A stretch of 64,000 nucleotides of DNA, from the NCBI GenBank assembly GCA_947495325.1, contig CANLYK010000005.1, forward strand, positions 79,894 through 143,893. Reading direction: 5' to 3'. The position numbers and the translations under genes are program-made. Under the pieces are notes generated by a model that saw nothing but the letters and a program-made list of their open reading frames with translations, searched no databases and was not told where the DNA came from. Source of the stretch: an uncultured Allomuricauda sp. Its GTDB lineage: Bacteria > Bacteroidota > Bacteroidia > Flavobacteriales > Flavobacteriaceae. Positions 47,107 to 57,995 of this stretch are shown here, in pieces. How positions within the stretch are numbered: position 1 is the stretch's first letter; every line of letters starts with the position of its first letter.

Positions 47107-48282
47107 ATGGAACAGACATGGCGATGGTACGGGCCAAATGACCCGGTAAAGTTATCAGACGTAAAACAAGCAGGAGCTACAGGAGTGGTTTCAGCCCTAC
47201 ATCATATTCCCAATGGTGAAATATGGACAGTGGAAGAAATTACAAAGCGTAAAAAAATCATAGAAGATGCAGGACTAAGGTGGAGCGTTGTGGAAAGTAT
47301 TCCAGTTCATGAAAACATTAAAACACGTTCTGGAGAGTTTCAGGTTTATATTGAAAACTATAAGACCAGCATAGAGAATTTGGCAAAATGCGGTATTTAT
47401 ATTGTGTGCTATAACTTTATGCCCGTCTTGGATTGGACACGAACCTCTTTGGACTATGAAGTAAAAGATGGTTCTAAGGCCTTACGGTTCGATACCACTG
47501 CATTTGCCGCTTTTGAACTATACTTGCTTAAAAGACCAGGCGCGGAAACAACATACTCAAAGGAACAAAAGGAGGAAGCAAAAGTTTATTTTGATAGCCT
47601 TTCAACTGACGAAAAAGAAAAACTGGTTAAAAATATTATTGCGGGACTTCCAGGAGCGGAAGAAGGGTATACTTTGGAACAGTTTCAAGATATTTTGGAT
47701 ACCTATAAAGAAATTGATGCCCAAACCTTAAAGGAAAACCTAGTTTGCTTTTTAAAGCAGATTATTCCCGTAGCATCTGGCAACAATGTAATGATGTGCA
47801 TTCATCCAGATGACCCTCCATATCCTATATTGGGATTGCCACGTGTTGTGAGTACCGAGGAGGATTATGCCCACCTTTTTGAGCAAGTACCGGATATTTC
47901 AAATGGAATGACGTTTTGTACAGGTTCCTTAGGAGTACGGGCCGATAATGATTTAGTGGGGATTTTTAAAAGATTTGCGGATAGAGTTCACTTTTTACAT
48001 TTAAGAAGCACCAAAAGAGACCGCAAAGGAAACTTTTATGAAGCCAATCATTTGGAAGGAGATGTGGATATGTACAGTGTTGTAAAACACATATTGTTGG
48101 AACAAAAAAGAAGGAAAGCAGAAGGTAGGAAGGATGCCCAAATCCCTATGCGACCAGATCATGGACATCAAATGTTGGATGATCTTCACAAAAAGACCAA
48201 TCCTGGCTATTCGGGTATTGGTAGGTTGCGTGGATTGGCAGAATTAAGAGGATTAGCTGTCGGAATTTCTAAAAATCTATAG
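47107..48282 (+). CDS. uxuA: Mannonate dehydratase
   Basis: 391 aa. The N-terminus [34 protein letters not shown] is essentially identical to E. coli UxuA. Confidence 0.93.
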   Translation: MEQTWRWYGPNDPVKLSDVKQAGATGVVSALHHIPNGEIWTVEEITKRKKIIEDAGLRWSVVESIPVHENIKTRSGEFQVYIENYKTSIENLAKCGIYIVCYNFMPVLDWTRTSLDYEVKDGSKALRFDTTAFAAFELYLLKRPGAETTYSKEQKEEAKVYFDSLSTDEKEKLVKNIIAGLPGAEEGYTLEQFQDILDTYKEIDAQTLKENLVCFLKQIIPVASGNNVMMCIHPDDPPYPILGLPRVVSTEEDYAHLFEQVPDISNGMTFCTGSLGVRADNDLVGIFKRFADRVHFLHLRSTKRDRKGNFYEANHLEGDVDMYSVVKHILLEQKRRKAEGRKDAQIPMRPDHGHQMLDDLHKKTNPGYSGIGRLRGLAELRGLAVGISKNL

Positions 48283-48285
48283 TAC

Positions 48286-49704
48286 GTGGGCCAAATACAA
48301 TCAAAAATATTCATCACAGACAATTTTTTGCTCAACTCAAAAGAAGCGGAAACCTTGTACCATCAGCATGCAAAACAAATGCCTATTATTGATTATCACA
48401 ATCATTTATCCCCACAAGAGATTGCAGAGGATAAACCAATAGGAAATATTACCAAAGCTTGGCTAAGTGGGGACCATTATAAGTGGAGGGGAATGCGTGC
48501 GAATGGTGTGGAAGAAAAATATATTACAGGCGATGCGTCTTTGGAAGATAAGTTTGTAAAGTGGGCAGAAACTGTTCCGTATACCCTTAGAAATCCACTA
48601 TTTCATTGGACCCAGTTAGAATTAAAAAGGTATTTTGATGTTGATACTATTTTGCAGTCAAGCTCGGCAAAGGAGATTTATGGTGAAGCAAATCAGATAT
48701 TGGCATCAAAGACCCCAGCACAACTGTTGGAAGAAATGAATGTTGAGGTAGTTTGTACGACGGATGACCCAACAGACGATTTGAAATATCATAAACAAAT
48801 AGCTGAAAAAGGATTTTTCACGAAGGTATTTCCAACTTTTCGTTCCGATAATTTGTTTTTGATTGGACAATCGGAATTCCCAGATTATGTAAAAAAACTA
48901 GAAAGCACGGTTTCGCATGATATAAAAGATTTGTCCACTTTCCTTGAAGCTATTGACCAAAGGTTGGCACATTTTCACAATCATGGATGTCGCCTTTCCG
49001 ATTTTGGAATTGGTGATGCATTGGCAATGGAAGAATTTACTTTGGAAGAGGTCAGGGAGATTTTTGAAAAAGCATCAAAAAGAGGTGTTCTCTCAACCAT
49101 TGAGATAAACAAGTATCGTACTTGTGTTTTTTTACACCTCAGCAGGAAATATCACGAAATGAATTGGGTGCAGCAATTTCATTTAGGGCCTATTCGGAAC
49201 AATAACAGTCGTTTGCGAAAGGAAATAGGTGCCGACGTAGGCTGTGATTCCATAGGGGAATATCCAATGGCTTCGTTTTTGTCAAAACTTTTTGATTCAC
49301 TTGATGCAACCAATCAACTGGCAAAAACAATTACATACAATTTAAACCCATCCCAAAATGAAGTTTTTGCGACGATGATGGGCAACTATAGCGAAGCAGG
49401 AGTTCCGGGAAAAATGCAATGGGGATCAGGATGGTGGTTTTTGGACCAAAAAGACGGGATGGAAAAACAGCTCAACACCCTATCCAATATGGGACTGTTG
49501 AGTCGATTTGTGGGCATGCTAACGGATAGCCGTAGTTTTTTATCTTTTCCACGGCATGAATATTTTAGAAGGATTTTATGTAATTTGATTGCTCAAGATG
49601 CCATAGATGGATTAGTGCCCCATGACATCCCTTTTTTGGGTAAGATGATACAGGATATCTGTTATAACAATGCTTCAAATTATTTTGATTTTAAGAACGT
49701 ATGA
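48286..49704 (+). CDS. uxaC: Glucuronate (uronate) isomerase
   Basis: 472 aa with a GTG start and no in-frame ATG before the conserved N-terminus. DNFLL...LYH..AK.MPIIDYHNHLSPQEIAED is collinear with E. coli UxaC. Confidence 0.9.
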   Translation: MGQIQSKIFITDNFLLNSKEAETLYHQHAKQMPIIDYHNHLSPQEIAEDKPIGNITKAWLSGDHYKWRGMRANGVEEKYITGDASLEDKFVKWAETVPYTLRNPLFHWTQLELKRYFDVDTILQSSSAKEIYGEANQILASKTPAQLLEEMNVEVVCTTDDPTDDLKYHKQIAEKGFFTKVFPTFRSDNLFLIGQSEFPDYVKKLESTVSHDIKDLSTFLEAIDQRLAHFHNHGCRLSDFGIGDALAMEEFTLEEVREIFEKASKRGVLSTIEINKYRTCVFLHLSRKYHEMNWVQQFHLGPIRNNNSRLRKEIGADVGCDSIGEYPMASFLSKLFDSLDATNQLAKTITYNLNPSQNEVFATMMGNYSEAGVPGKMQWGSGWWFLDQKDGMEKQLNTLSNMGLLSRFVGMLTDSRSFLSFPRHEYFRRILCNLIAQDAIDGLVPHDIPFLGKMIQDICYNNASNYFDFKNV

Positions 49705-50669
49705 GGTATACATTAATTCTATTGGTTTTTAGCGCATTACTTTCCTGTAAGGAGGAAAAGGCTGGCGAGACGCTTTATTTTGCCCATAGCCTACCACAAT
49801 CGCATCCTGTGCATAAAGGAGCCTTAAAATTTAAAGAGGTTTTGGCCCAAAAATCTGGAGGCAAACTAACGGTGAAGATTTTCCCGGATGCACAATTGGG
49901 TTCAGAACGCGAAGTGCTCGAATTACTTCAAATAGGTAGTTTGGCCATAACTAAAGTAAGTGCGGCAACACTTTCAAACTTTGTTCCTGAATATGAAGTT
50001 TTAGGAGTGCCGTACCTTTTTCGGAACAAAGAACACCAAAATGCAGTACTTGATGGGGAAATAGGAAAATCAATTTTAGAAAAAGGAAGCAAGTTTTGGC
50101 TACGGGGACTCTGTTATTATGATGCGGGCAGTAGAAGTTTTTACACGAAAACAAAACCGGTTAGGAAACCAGAAGATTTAAAAGGCCTTAAAATACGTGT
50201 TATGAACAATCAAATGGCCATAAACATGGTCAATGCCCTCGGAGGTTCTGCAACGCCAATGGCTTATGGAGAACTGTATACGGCCATACAGCAGGGGGTA
50301 GTGGATGGTGCTGAAAATAATCCACCATCTTTTGTGTCATCAAATCACTATGAGGTAAGCAAATATTACACAATTGATGAACATTCCGCAGTTCCAGATG
50401 TGGTTTTGATAGGGACAAAGTTCTGGGACAAACTTTCTGAACAAGAAAGAAAGTGGGTAGAAGAAGCTGCGATTGAATCAGCTGAAGCACAAAAAGAATA
50501 CTGGCAAGCATCTGTGGAAGAATCTATGGCAAAAGCCATAGAAGCAGGAGTAGAGATTATTATTCCAGATAAGTCCTTATTTGCAGATAAATCCAAATCT
50601 GTTTTAGAAGAATTTCAACAAACCCATCCCGAATTGGCCGAATTGGTTCGTCAAATAAAAGCCAAATAA
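49701..50669 (+). CDS. dctP: TRAP transporter substrate-binding protein (DctP family), probable hexuronate-binding
   Basis: 322 aa with lipobox LLSC and an ATGA overlap with uxaC. It has DctP-like segments (PEDLKGLKIRV, GVVDGAENNP). Confidence 0.85.
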   Translation: MRYTLILLVFSALLSCKEEKAGETLYFAHSLPQSHPVHKGALKFKEVLAQKSGGKLTVKIFPDAQLGSEREVLELLQIGSLAITKVSAATLSNFVPEYEVLGVPYLFRNKEHQNAVLDGEIGKSILEKGSKFWLRGLCYYDAGSRSFYTKTKPVRKPEDLKGLKIRVMNNQMAINMVNALGGSATPMAYGELYTAIQQGVVDGAENNPPSFVSSNHYEVSKYYTIDEHSAVPDVVLIGTKFWDKLSEQERKWVEEAAIESAEAQKEYWQASVEESMAKAIEAGVEIIIPDKSLFADKSKSVLEEFQQTHPELAELVRQIKAK

Positions 50670-50671
50670 TT

Positions 50672-51163
50672 ATGAAAACCTTCGATGTAATTTTTAACAA
50701 AATCAATAAAACCCTTGAGGTGTTACTTGTTATAATATTTGCAATCTTGGTATTGGATGTTGCTTGGCAGGTATTTTCAAGATATGTTTTGAATCGTTCA
50801 TTTTCATTTACTGAAGAGTTGGCACGTTTCTCATTAATCTGGCTGTCTATTTTGGGTGCGGCTTATTTAAATGCAAAAAGGGAACACTTGTCCATGGATT
50901 TCTTATACAAAAAACTCTCGGAGGGCAAACGCAAAAAAGCTTTGTACTTTATTGAAATGTGCATTTTTCTATTTGCCCTTATAGTTATGGTAATAGGTGG
51001 GTTTAATTTGGTATATACCACCTTACACTTAGAACAGCTGTCCGGAACATTGCGGGTGCCATTGGGTTATATCTATGCAGTACTTCCTATCAGTGGAATA
51101 CTCATTATGAGCTTTGCGCTTTACCACATTTCCAAAATATATACTGACCAAATAAAAGAATGA
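50672..51163 (+). CDS. dctQ: TRAP transporter small permease (DctQ family)
   Basis: 163 aa with four TM-like segments, between dctP and dctM. Confidence 0.85.
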   Translation: MKTFDVIFNKINKTLEVLLVIIFAILVLDVAWQVFSRYVLNRSFSFTEELARFSLIWLSILGAAYLNAKREHLSMDFLYKKLSEGKRKKALYFIEMCIFLFALIVMVIGGFNLVYTTLHLEQLSGTLRVPLGYIYAVLPISGILIMSFALYHISKIYTDQIKE

Positions 51164-51164
51164 T

Positions 51165-52469
51165 ATGAGTATTGAAGTACTGAGTATTATAGTATTGTTT
51201 GTTAGCTTTTTTGTGCTTTTAATGATGAAAGTACCGGTGGCGTATAGTATAGGAATTTCAACCACCCTAAGCTTGTTATTGAATATAGATCAGTTACCGG
51301 GCATTACAACCATTGCGCAGCGAATGACCACAGGTATAGATAGCTTTGCCCTTTTGGCAATACCGTTTTTTGTTTTGGCCGGGGAAATTATGAAACGGGG
51401 TGGCATTGCAAATAGACTGATAAATTTTGCCAAATCTTTGGTAGTGAGCCTCCCAGGAGGATTGGCCTATGTAAATGTATTGGCATCAATGCTTTTTGGA
51501 GCCATTTCCGGCTCCGCTATTGCAGCCACTTCCGCAATTGGAAGTATAATGACAGATAGGATGGAGGAAGAAGGTTTTCCTCGCGAATTTAGCGCTTCGG
51601 TCAATATTACCTCATCAACTACCGGATTGCTAATTCCACCAAGTAATATTTTGATTGTATATGCGCTTGCCAGTGGAGGAGCAGCCTCTGTGGCAGCTCT
51701 TTTCATTGCGGGGTATTTGCCAGGTATTTTATTGGGAGTTGCCTTGATGGGCTACATTGCTTTTGTAGCCATAAAACGCGATTTTTCCAAAGGGGACCGT
51801 TTGCCATTTATACAAATATGGACTTATTTTAGAAAGGCATTTTTTAGTTTATTGTTATTGGTCATAGTTGTGGGCGGTATTGTGGCAGGAATATTTACGG
51901 CTACTGAGGCTTCTGTCATTGCGGTTCTTTATGCAGCAGTTTTAGCATTGGTCTACGGAGTCATCAAAACCAAGGATTTTCCATCTATATTATTGACAAG
52001 TGCAAAAACTACGGCGGTGGTCATGTTTTTAATTTGTACCTCAATGGCTATGTCATGGTTGTTCTCATTTGAGGGCATACCGGAATTGATGAGTACTTTT
52101 TTACTAGATCAGTTCAGCAATAAATTTATTATTTTCTTGGTAATCAATGTCATACTTCTGATTATAGGTACCTTCATGGACATAACTCCGGCAGTGCTTA
52201 TTTTCACCCCAATTTTTCTACCTGTGGTTATGGAACTAGGGATGGATCCTGTTCATTTTGGAATTGTATTGGTACTAAACTTATGTATAGGACTCTGCAC
52301 GCCACCAGTTGGTACGATATTGTTTGTGGGCAGTGGAGTGGCCAATGTGTCGGTATCACAAGTTATTAAACCGTTACTGCCCTTTTTGGCTATAATGGTA
52401 ATTGTATTGCTTCTAATCCTTTATATTCCTCAAATTACTATGATTTTACCAGACCTTTTTGGTCTTTAA
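51165..52469 (+). CDS. dctM: TRAP transporter large permease (DctM family)
   Basis: 434 aa polytopic protein, a paralogue of 16974-18248 (shared segments such as FTATEASVIAVLYA and GLCTPPVG). Confidence 0.9.
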   Translation: MSIEVLSIIVLFVSFFVLLMMKVPVAYSIGISTTLSLLLNIDQLPGITTIAQRMTTGIDSFALLAIPFFVLAGEIMKRGGIANRLINFAKSLVVSLPGGLAYVNVLASMLFGAISGSAIAATSAIGSIMTDRMEEEGFPREFSASVNITSSTTGLLIPPSNILIVYALASGGAASVAALFIAGYLPGILLGVALMGYIAFVAIKRDFSKGDRLPFIQIWTYFRKAFFSLLLLVIVVGGIVAGIFTATEASVIAVLYAAVLALVYGVIKTKDFPSILLTSAKTTAVVMFLICTSMAMSWLFSFEGIPELMSTFLLDQFSNKFIIFLVINVILLIIGTFMDITPAVLIFTPIFLPVVMELGMDPVHFGIVLVLNLCIGLCTPPVGTILFVGSGVANVSVSQVIKPLLPFLAIMVIVLLLILYIPQITMILPDLFGL

Positions 52470-52575
52470 AATTGTTTAGTGAATAATAAGGAAATAGCGA
52501 TTGATTTATGGTACCATTTTATTAAGTATCATATCCTGCAAGGGCTAAAAAATCTTAACCCAAGATGGGATTGCA

Positions 52576-53469
52576 CTACGGACAAACACCCACATCATCT
52601 AAATAGAAGGTTCCAGGTACATCATCTCCAGGGCCAATAAACATTTGAACCCTAATATATTGTCCTGTTGGAACAAATGACGCGCCATCCAAAACACCAA
52701 GTGCACCATCAGAATTACCTGTAAAGCCTGCAATTGCATTGGCAAAATCAAATCGCATTTCTTCCCATCCGGTACCGGTGTGAATCAAAGTCACTTCAAC
52801 TTCACGTTCTGTTTCGTTGTTAGGGTCTTGTTGCATACTTAGTCTTATAGGTACTTCAACATTCGACCAAAATTTCAACCTAACAACCTTATCTTCATCA
52901 CTAAAATCAATAGGAGCTGAATTTTGAATTCCGAACCCATCAAAATTACCACCACCATCTTGTACTATTTCCAGCACATTTGAAGCTTCTGAATTGGCTC
53001 CAGAAACATCTGGATTCGCAACCACTTGAAGATCTACACCATTGAATCCAAAAGAAAACGCACCGTCATTACCGTTGTCCCATGTAAGTGGTGAACTTAA
53101 AATTTGTGCACAAGGGTCAGCGGGAGGTATTACCTCAAATTGTTGTTCAGTAACAGAATTATTGGGAGCGATGGCTCTAATGGTTACAAAGAAATTATCA
53201 TCAGCTTCAGGATAACTAAATGTAACTTCTTGCTGTATACCTATAAGCATGGCGGTATCACCAGGAAGTCCGGATATAACTTCAAATGCTGTTGCTCCAA
53301 TTGCCGTAGGACTAACGGTAACCGAAAAAGGTGGTTCCATATTGTTGAATTGAACATTGGCTTGAACTTCGGATGGAGCCGGACCTTCCATCAAAATAGC
53401 ATCAAATCCAGCCTCTCTATCACAGGAAATTAAGGAAATACACATTATTCCAAGAACAAACAGTCGCAT
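52576..53469 (-). CDS. Lipoprotein with an Ig/PKD-like N-terminal part and a CBM-like C-terminal beta-sandwich. Candidate surface glycan-binding protein.
   Basis: 297 aa with lipobox LISC. The C-terminal half has the pattern VVANPDVSGANSEASNVLEIVQDGG...FDGFGI...PIDFS...GTFYLDDV, common in carbohydrate-binding modules of marine Bacteroidota. No family could be assigned. Confidence 0.55.
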   Translation of the reverse strand: MRLFVLGIMCISLISCDREAGFDAILMEGPAPSEVQANVQFNNMEPPFSVTVSPTAIGATAFEVISGLPGDTAMLIGIQQEVTFSYPEADDNFFVTIRAIAPNNSVTEQQFEVIPPADPCAQILSSPLTWDNGNDGAFSFGFNGVDLQVVANPDVSGANSEASNVLEIVQDGGGNFDGFGIQNSAPIDFSDEDKVVRLKFWSNVEVPIRLSMQQDPNNETEREVEVTLIHTGTGWEEMRFDFANAIAGFTGNSDGALGVLDGASFVPTGQYIRVQMFIGPGDDVPGTFYLDDVGVCP

Positions 53470-53636
53470 AATCGATTTTCTTTAAATTTATCAGAACAAT
53501 ATAACTTATTACTTCCTTTGAAAAAGGGATTACTATTTTTTTGAAGGACGTTTGCAACATTTGAGACTTAAAATGCTACAAATTTTATTTTGGCTAGAAC
53601 TAAATTGCGTTTTCTTCGGGATTCAATTCAATATGG

Positions 53637-56600
53637 ATGATAAACGGTAAATCAGATTACTTCACTCTTTTTAAGCTTACGCTCCTATTTATATTTTTTA
53701 TACATATAATAGGGGTCCATTCTCAAACGGATTTTGAATCACTTGAGTTCAATATGGTCAAGGAGAATATATTCCAGCGCCCCATTACCACAATGATAAT
53801 GGATAAAAATGGTTTCATATGGATTGGAACAGATGGGGCAGGGTTATACAAGTTCAATGGTTTTTCCTATACCTATTATGGACACGATTTAAAAGATGTA
53901 AACAGTATCAACAGTAATTCCATAAATTCTTTATTCCTTGATGCTACGGGACAACTTTGGATAGGGACCGATGCAGGACTGTGTGTGTACCAGGAACAAC
54001 AAAATTCGTTCAAACGTTTTACAACAGGAAGTAATGGTAATACTGGGAATAATTATGTTAGCATACTATGTTTTGTGCAGTATGAAGAAAGATTTCTTGT
54101 AGGAACTTATGATGGAATAAAAGAGTTGGATATACAAACGGGTTCGCTCCAGGATTATGGATTGAGAGGATTTGCAATTTTAGATCTGCAATTTTCTTCG
54201 AAAGGAAACTTATATATAGCCTCAAATCAGGGATTGAAGTTAGAGCAGTACCATCAAAGAGGACAGATTGAGAATATATCTTTAATAAATCAAGAAACGG
54301 GACAGTACATAACCAATTTACATTTGGACGAACGTGAGAACCTATGGGTAGGTACACGGAGAAGTGGAACATTTAAAAGGGATCTAAAAAAAGTAAGTAT
54401 CCCTTTCTCTAAACTGGACATTGTTGAGAGTGCTACCATGGCTATTACCAGTGGCATGAACCATGTTTTTGTTGCCGTGGAAAATGAAGGACTGGTTATT
54501 TTGGATATGACCGGCAAAGTTGTGAAAGAGTATCGCTATAATGTCCAAGATAGTCATACCATTGGTTCTGATTCTGTTTGGTCCCTGCTATTGGATACTG
54601 AAAATCGGCTCTGGTTGGGTTACTATGAAAATGGCCTAGGTTTTTTTGATGAACATCATAATAAATTTAAATCAATACAAACAGAAGACGTTGGGAACAG
54701 TATCTATAGTAACGATATAAAGGCATTTGCAAAAACCGAAGATGGAAAAGTTTGGATAGCCCAAATCAATGGGATAGATATTCTTAATACGAATACAGGT
54801 GATATTACCAATGTGTATGGAACAACCGATTCGGAATACAAAGGTTTAAAAAAAGGACTTTACGTTGAAGATATTTTTGTTGATAGCAAGGAGAATGTTT
54901 GGATAGCTACTTGGGGAGGGGGTATCTTCTTTTTGAAACAGGGTTCCAAAACCTTTGTGAACTTCACCAAGGAGAATACGGGTGGTGTTCTTAAAACAGA
55001 TAAGGTTAGGTGTTTTACGGAAGATGGTAACGGAAAAGTTTGGATAGGTTCCTTTTTGGAAGGGGTATATTATTTTGATTCAAAAAAGGGACAAATACAA
55101 GTTCCCAAAGGTGAGTCGTATGCCAATTCAGAAGTTGTTAGTAAGGACATTAAGGCCATTTATTATGATAGCTATGGTGTTATTTGGGTTGGTACTACCT
55201 CTGGGCTTTATCATATTGAAAATCAGGATGACAACGAGTATAGTGTTACCGCCCATAGCAATGCGATTTCATCTAAATTTGCCGGTCACCCAAGCTCCAG
55301 TCGTATATTGGATATTTTTGAAACCCAAGATGGAACAGTATGGTGCGGAACCAATGGTGGCGGCTTGTTTTTCTATAAAAGAGAAGAACAGAATTTTGAA
55401 CGATTGGAGTTGGAGGATCGTGACCTTACTTATGTCAATGCCATATTTGAACCTTTTAGAAACGAACTCTGGGTTAGTAGTAAACAAGGTGTCCTAAAAA
55501 TAGATCGCGAAACAAACAAAGTGGTTCAGTTTACTACCCATGACGGGCTTTTAGAAAATTTCCTTACTGATCGCGCTGTAATAATGGATGATAACAACCT
55601 ATTCTATTTAGGGACCAAGAGTGGTATCAATATTATAGAGCCCCAGAATATTGTTTACAATCCATATTTGGCCAAGCCTTATCTGAAAGATGTCAAACTT
55701 TTCAATAAGAAAGTCAACCAAAAAGATAAGAACAGTCCCTTGGATGCCTCAAAGGAAACAAATGTAATTACGCTAAAGCATTACCAAACGGTCTTGACCA
55801 TTGATTATGAGGCAATAAGCTACACCAGACCGGAAAAGAACCAGTACGCTTACTTTTTGGAAGGCTTTGAAAACACCTGGAACTATGTAGGTTCAAAAAC
55901 AAGTGCTACATATACCAATTTAGAATCGGGAGATTATACCTTTAAATTAAAAGCATCAAACAACGATGAAATTTGGAATGATGCATCGGTCATATTAAAA
56001 ATCCATGTATTGCCTCCTTGGTGGAAAACCATATGGGCGTATTTGCTTTATGTTCTGTTTTTGGGTTTTTTGGTGTTCTCCATAATGTATTTTTACAGAA
56101 AGCGGATAAATGAAAGAAACACTTTCAGACTTGAACGAGAGCGAAGAAAGCAAAGGGAAGAGCTCCAACAGCAAAAGCTTCAATTTTTCACAAATATTTC
56201 GCATGAATTTCGAACCCCACTTACTTTAATCATCAATCCAATAAAGGAATTAGTGGATTTTAATGAAACTGAGTTTTCTGGATCAGTGCGTCAAAAACAT
56301 CATATAATCCATAAAAATGCAGAACGCCTTTCCAGATTGATCAATGAACTGATGGATTTTAGGAAGTTACAATCCGAAAAACTTCAATTGAAGGTGAGTC
56401 AGTTTAACATAGTAAAACAAACAAAAAATATACTTAGTTTCTTCAATGAAGAGTCTAAAAGAAGGTCAATGCGCCTAGATTTAAAGTATGACAATGTTAA
56501 TCTAGATGTATGGGGCGATAGTGGAATGCTTGACAAAATTTTATTCAACTTATTGTCCAATGCTTTTAAAGTAACCCCTAATGAAGGTCGAATACTTATA

Positions 56601-57752
56601 AGCATAGTCGCCGGGAATAAAAAAGTATTGCCTTTAGTAAGTAAGGAAACACCAATTCCAGTGATAGAAATCAGCATCAAAGATAACGGTCCGGGAATAG
56701 ACCAAAAGGATTACAAAAAGATATTCAAGAGATTTTATCAGATTAGTGAATTGAACAAGTCGTACTACGGAAGTACAGGTGTTGGTTTAGAAATGGTAAA
56801 GAGTTTTATTGAACTGCATAGAGGTGTCATAGAAGTTGAGAGTGAATTGAGTAAGGGTTCAATTTTTAAAGTATTCATACCCTATGGTAAAGAATTCTTT
56901 AAGAGCACCGAATATCCATCAGCACAAAAAGATGAGCAAATGGTGCTGTCCGATACTGAGACGAAATCTGAACCTAAGACTTATAAGATTGAAGAAATTC
57001 TATCCAAAAAAACATTGAAAAAGAAGTTGTTGATCGTAGAGGACAATGTTGATCTTCAAGACTATCTAATATCAATTTTTGAGGAAGATTATGAGTTGAT
57101 TTTGGCATCTGATGGTCAGGAAGGTTGGCTTAAAACAATGGAACATCGTCCAGATATTATTATCACCGACATCATTATGCCGCTAATGGATGGGATAGAA
57201 TTTAGTAAAAAAGTGAAAAACGACCCAAGCTTGAACCATACTCCAATTGTAGTACTAACTGCGAAGGACCTGACCAAGGACAGAATAAAAGGAATGGAGG
57301 CAGGAGCAGAGGCCTACATTGTAAAACCCTTTGATAAGAAGGAACTAAAGGTTGTTTTGGAACAATTACTCTTGAAAAAGGATCGTTTGTTGGAACAATA
57401 TGCAAATGTGCCACAAGAAAAAAAGGAAGCAGATTATGATAACGATTTTATCCACAGAGTGGTTGCCTATGTACAAGACAATATTGAAAATTCTTCCCTG
57501 AATGTCGAAAAGTTATCATCCCATCTTTGTTTGAGCCGCAGCCAGGTCTATCGAAAAATAAAAAGTCTAACTGGGTTATCTCCCATTGAATTTATTAGAA
57601 GGGTTAGACTGGAAAGGTCTAGAACACTTTTTCAAAACGATAAGAACCTTAATGTTAGCGAAGTGGCCCATAAAGTTGGATTTTTATCAGCTTCGTATTT
57701 TACGGTTTGCTACAAAAAACAATTCGGGGAACTTCCCAAAAGTGGAAAATAA
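53637..57752 (+). CDS. Hybrid two-component system regulator (HTCS), second copy
   Basis: 1371 aa with propeller repeats (WIGTDGAGLY, WIGTDAGL, WVGTRRSG ...), a TM segment AYLLYVLFLGFLVF, H-box FFTNISHEFRTPL and STGVGLEMV. The REC domain reads LLIVEDN...TDIIMPLMDG...VKPF. The AraC HTH reads GFLSASYFTVCYKKQFGELP. Confidence 0.93.
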   Translation: MINGKSDYFTLFKLTLLFIFFIHIIGVHSQTDFESLEFNMVKENIFQRPITTMIMDKNGFIWIGTDGAGLYKFNGFSYTYYGHDLKDVNSINSNSINSLFLDATGQLWIGTDAGLCVYQEQQNSFKRFTTGSNGNTGNNYVSILCFVQYEERFLVGTYDGIKELDIQTGSLQDYGLRGFAILDLQFSSKGNLYIASNQGLKLEQYHQRGQIENISLINQETGQYITNLHLDERENLWVGTRRSGTFKRDLKKVSIPFSKLDIVESATMAITSGMNHVFVAVENEGLVILDMTGKVVKEYRYNVQDSHTIGSDSVWSLLLDTENRLWLGYYENGLGFFDEHHNKFKSIQTEDVGNSIYSNDIKAFAKTEDGKVWIAQINGIDILNTNTGDITNVYGTTDSEYKGLKKGLYVEDIFVDSKENVWIATWGGGIFFLKQGSKTFVNFTKENTGGVLKTDKVRCFTEDGNGKVWIGSFLEGVYYFDSKKGQIQVPKGESYANSEVVSKDIKAIYYDSYGVIWVGTTSGLYHIENQDDNEYSVTAHSNAISSKFAGHPSSSRILDIFETQDGTVWCGTNGGGLFFYKREEQNFERLELEDRDLTYVNAIFEPFRNELWVSSKQGVLKIDRETNKVVQFTTHDGLLENFLTDRAVIMDDNNLFYLGTKSGINIIEPQNIVYNPYLAKPYLKDVKLFNKKVNQKDKNSPLDASKETNVITLKHYQTVLTIDYEAISYTRPEKNQYAYFLEGFENTWNYVGSKTSATYTNLESGDYTFKLKASNNDEIWNDASVILKIHVLPPWWKTIWAYLLYVLFLGFLVFSIMYFYRKRINERNTFRLERERRKQREELQQQKLQFFTNISHEFRTPLTLIINPIKELVDFNETEFSGSVRQKHHIIHKNAERLSRLINELMDFRKLQSEKLQLKVSQFNIVKQTKNILSFFNEESKRRSMRLDLKYDNVNLDVWGDSGMLDKILFNLLSNAFKVTPNEGRILISIVAGNKKVLPLVSKETPIPVIEISIKDNGPGIDQKDYKKIFKRFYQISELNKSYYGSTGVGLEMVKSFIELHRGVIEVESELSKGSIFKVFIPYGKEFFKSTEYPSAQKDEQMVLSDTETKSEPKTYKIEEILSKKTLKKKLLIVEDNVDLQDYLISIFEEDYELILASDGQEGWLKTMEHRPDIIITDIIMPLMDGIEFSKKVKNDPSLNHTPIVVLTAKDLTKDRIKGMEAGAEAYIVKPFDKKELKVVLEQLLLKKDRLLEQYANVPQEKKEADYDNDFIHRVVAYVQDNIENSSLNVEKLSSHLCLSRSQVYRKIKSLTGLSPIEFIRRVRLERSRTLFQNDKNLNVSEVAHKVGFLSASYFTVCYKKQFGELPKSGK

Positions 57753-57995
57753 ACTTGTTGAAGCCTGGATTTTCTAAGTAAAAAACAGAATGTAAATATC
57801 CATTATATCTACTAAAACCCTTAGTTATTAAGGGGTTGACTTCAAATGCAACATATGAAATATTTATTGCATCAAATAGAATGCCCTTAAGCCATCCTTA
57901 AATATAACTTGCGTAGAGCCAAATTTTATCAATGTCCAAAATGCATGGATACGTAAAAAATTTAGCCTGAAATTAAATCTAAACTAATTTGAAAA

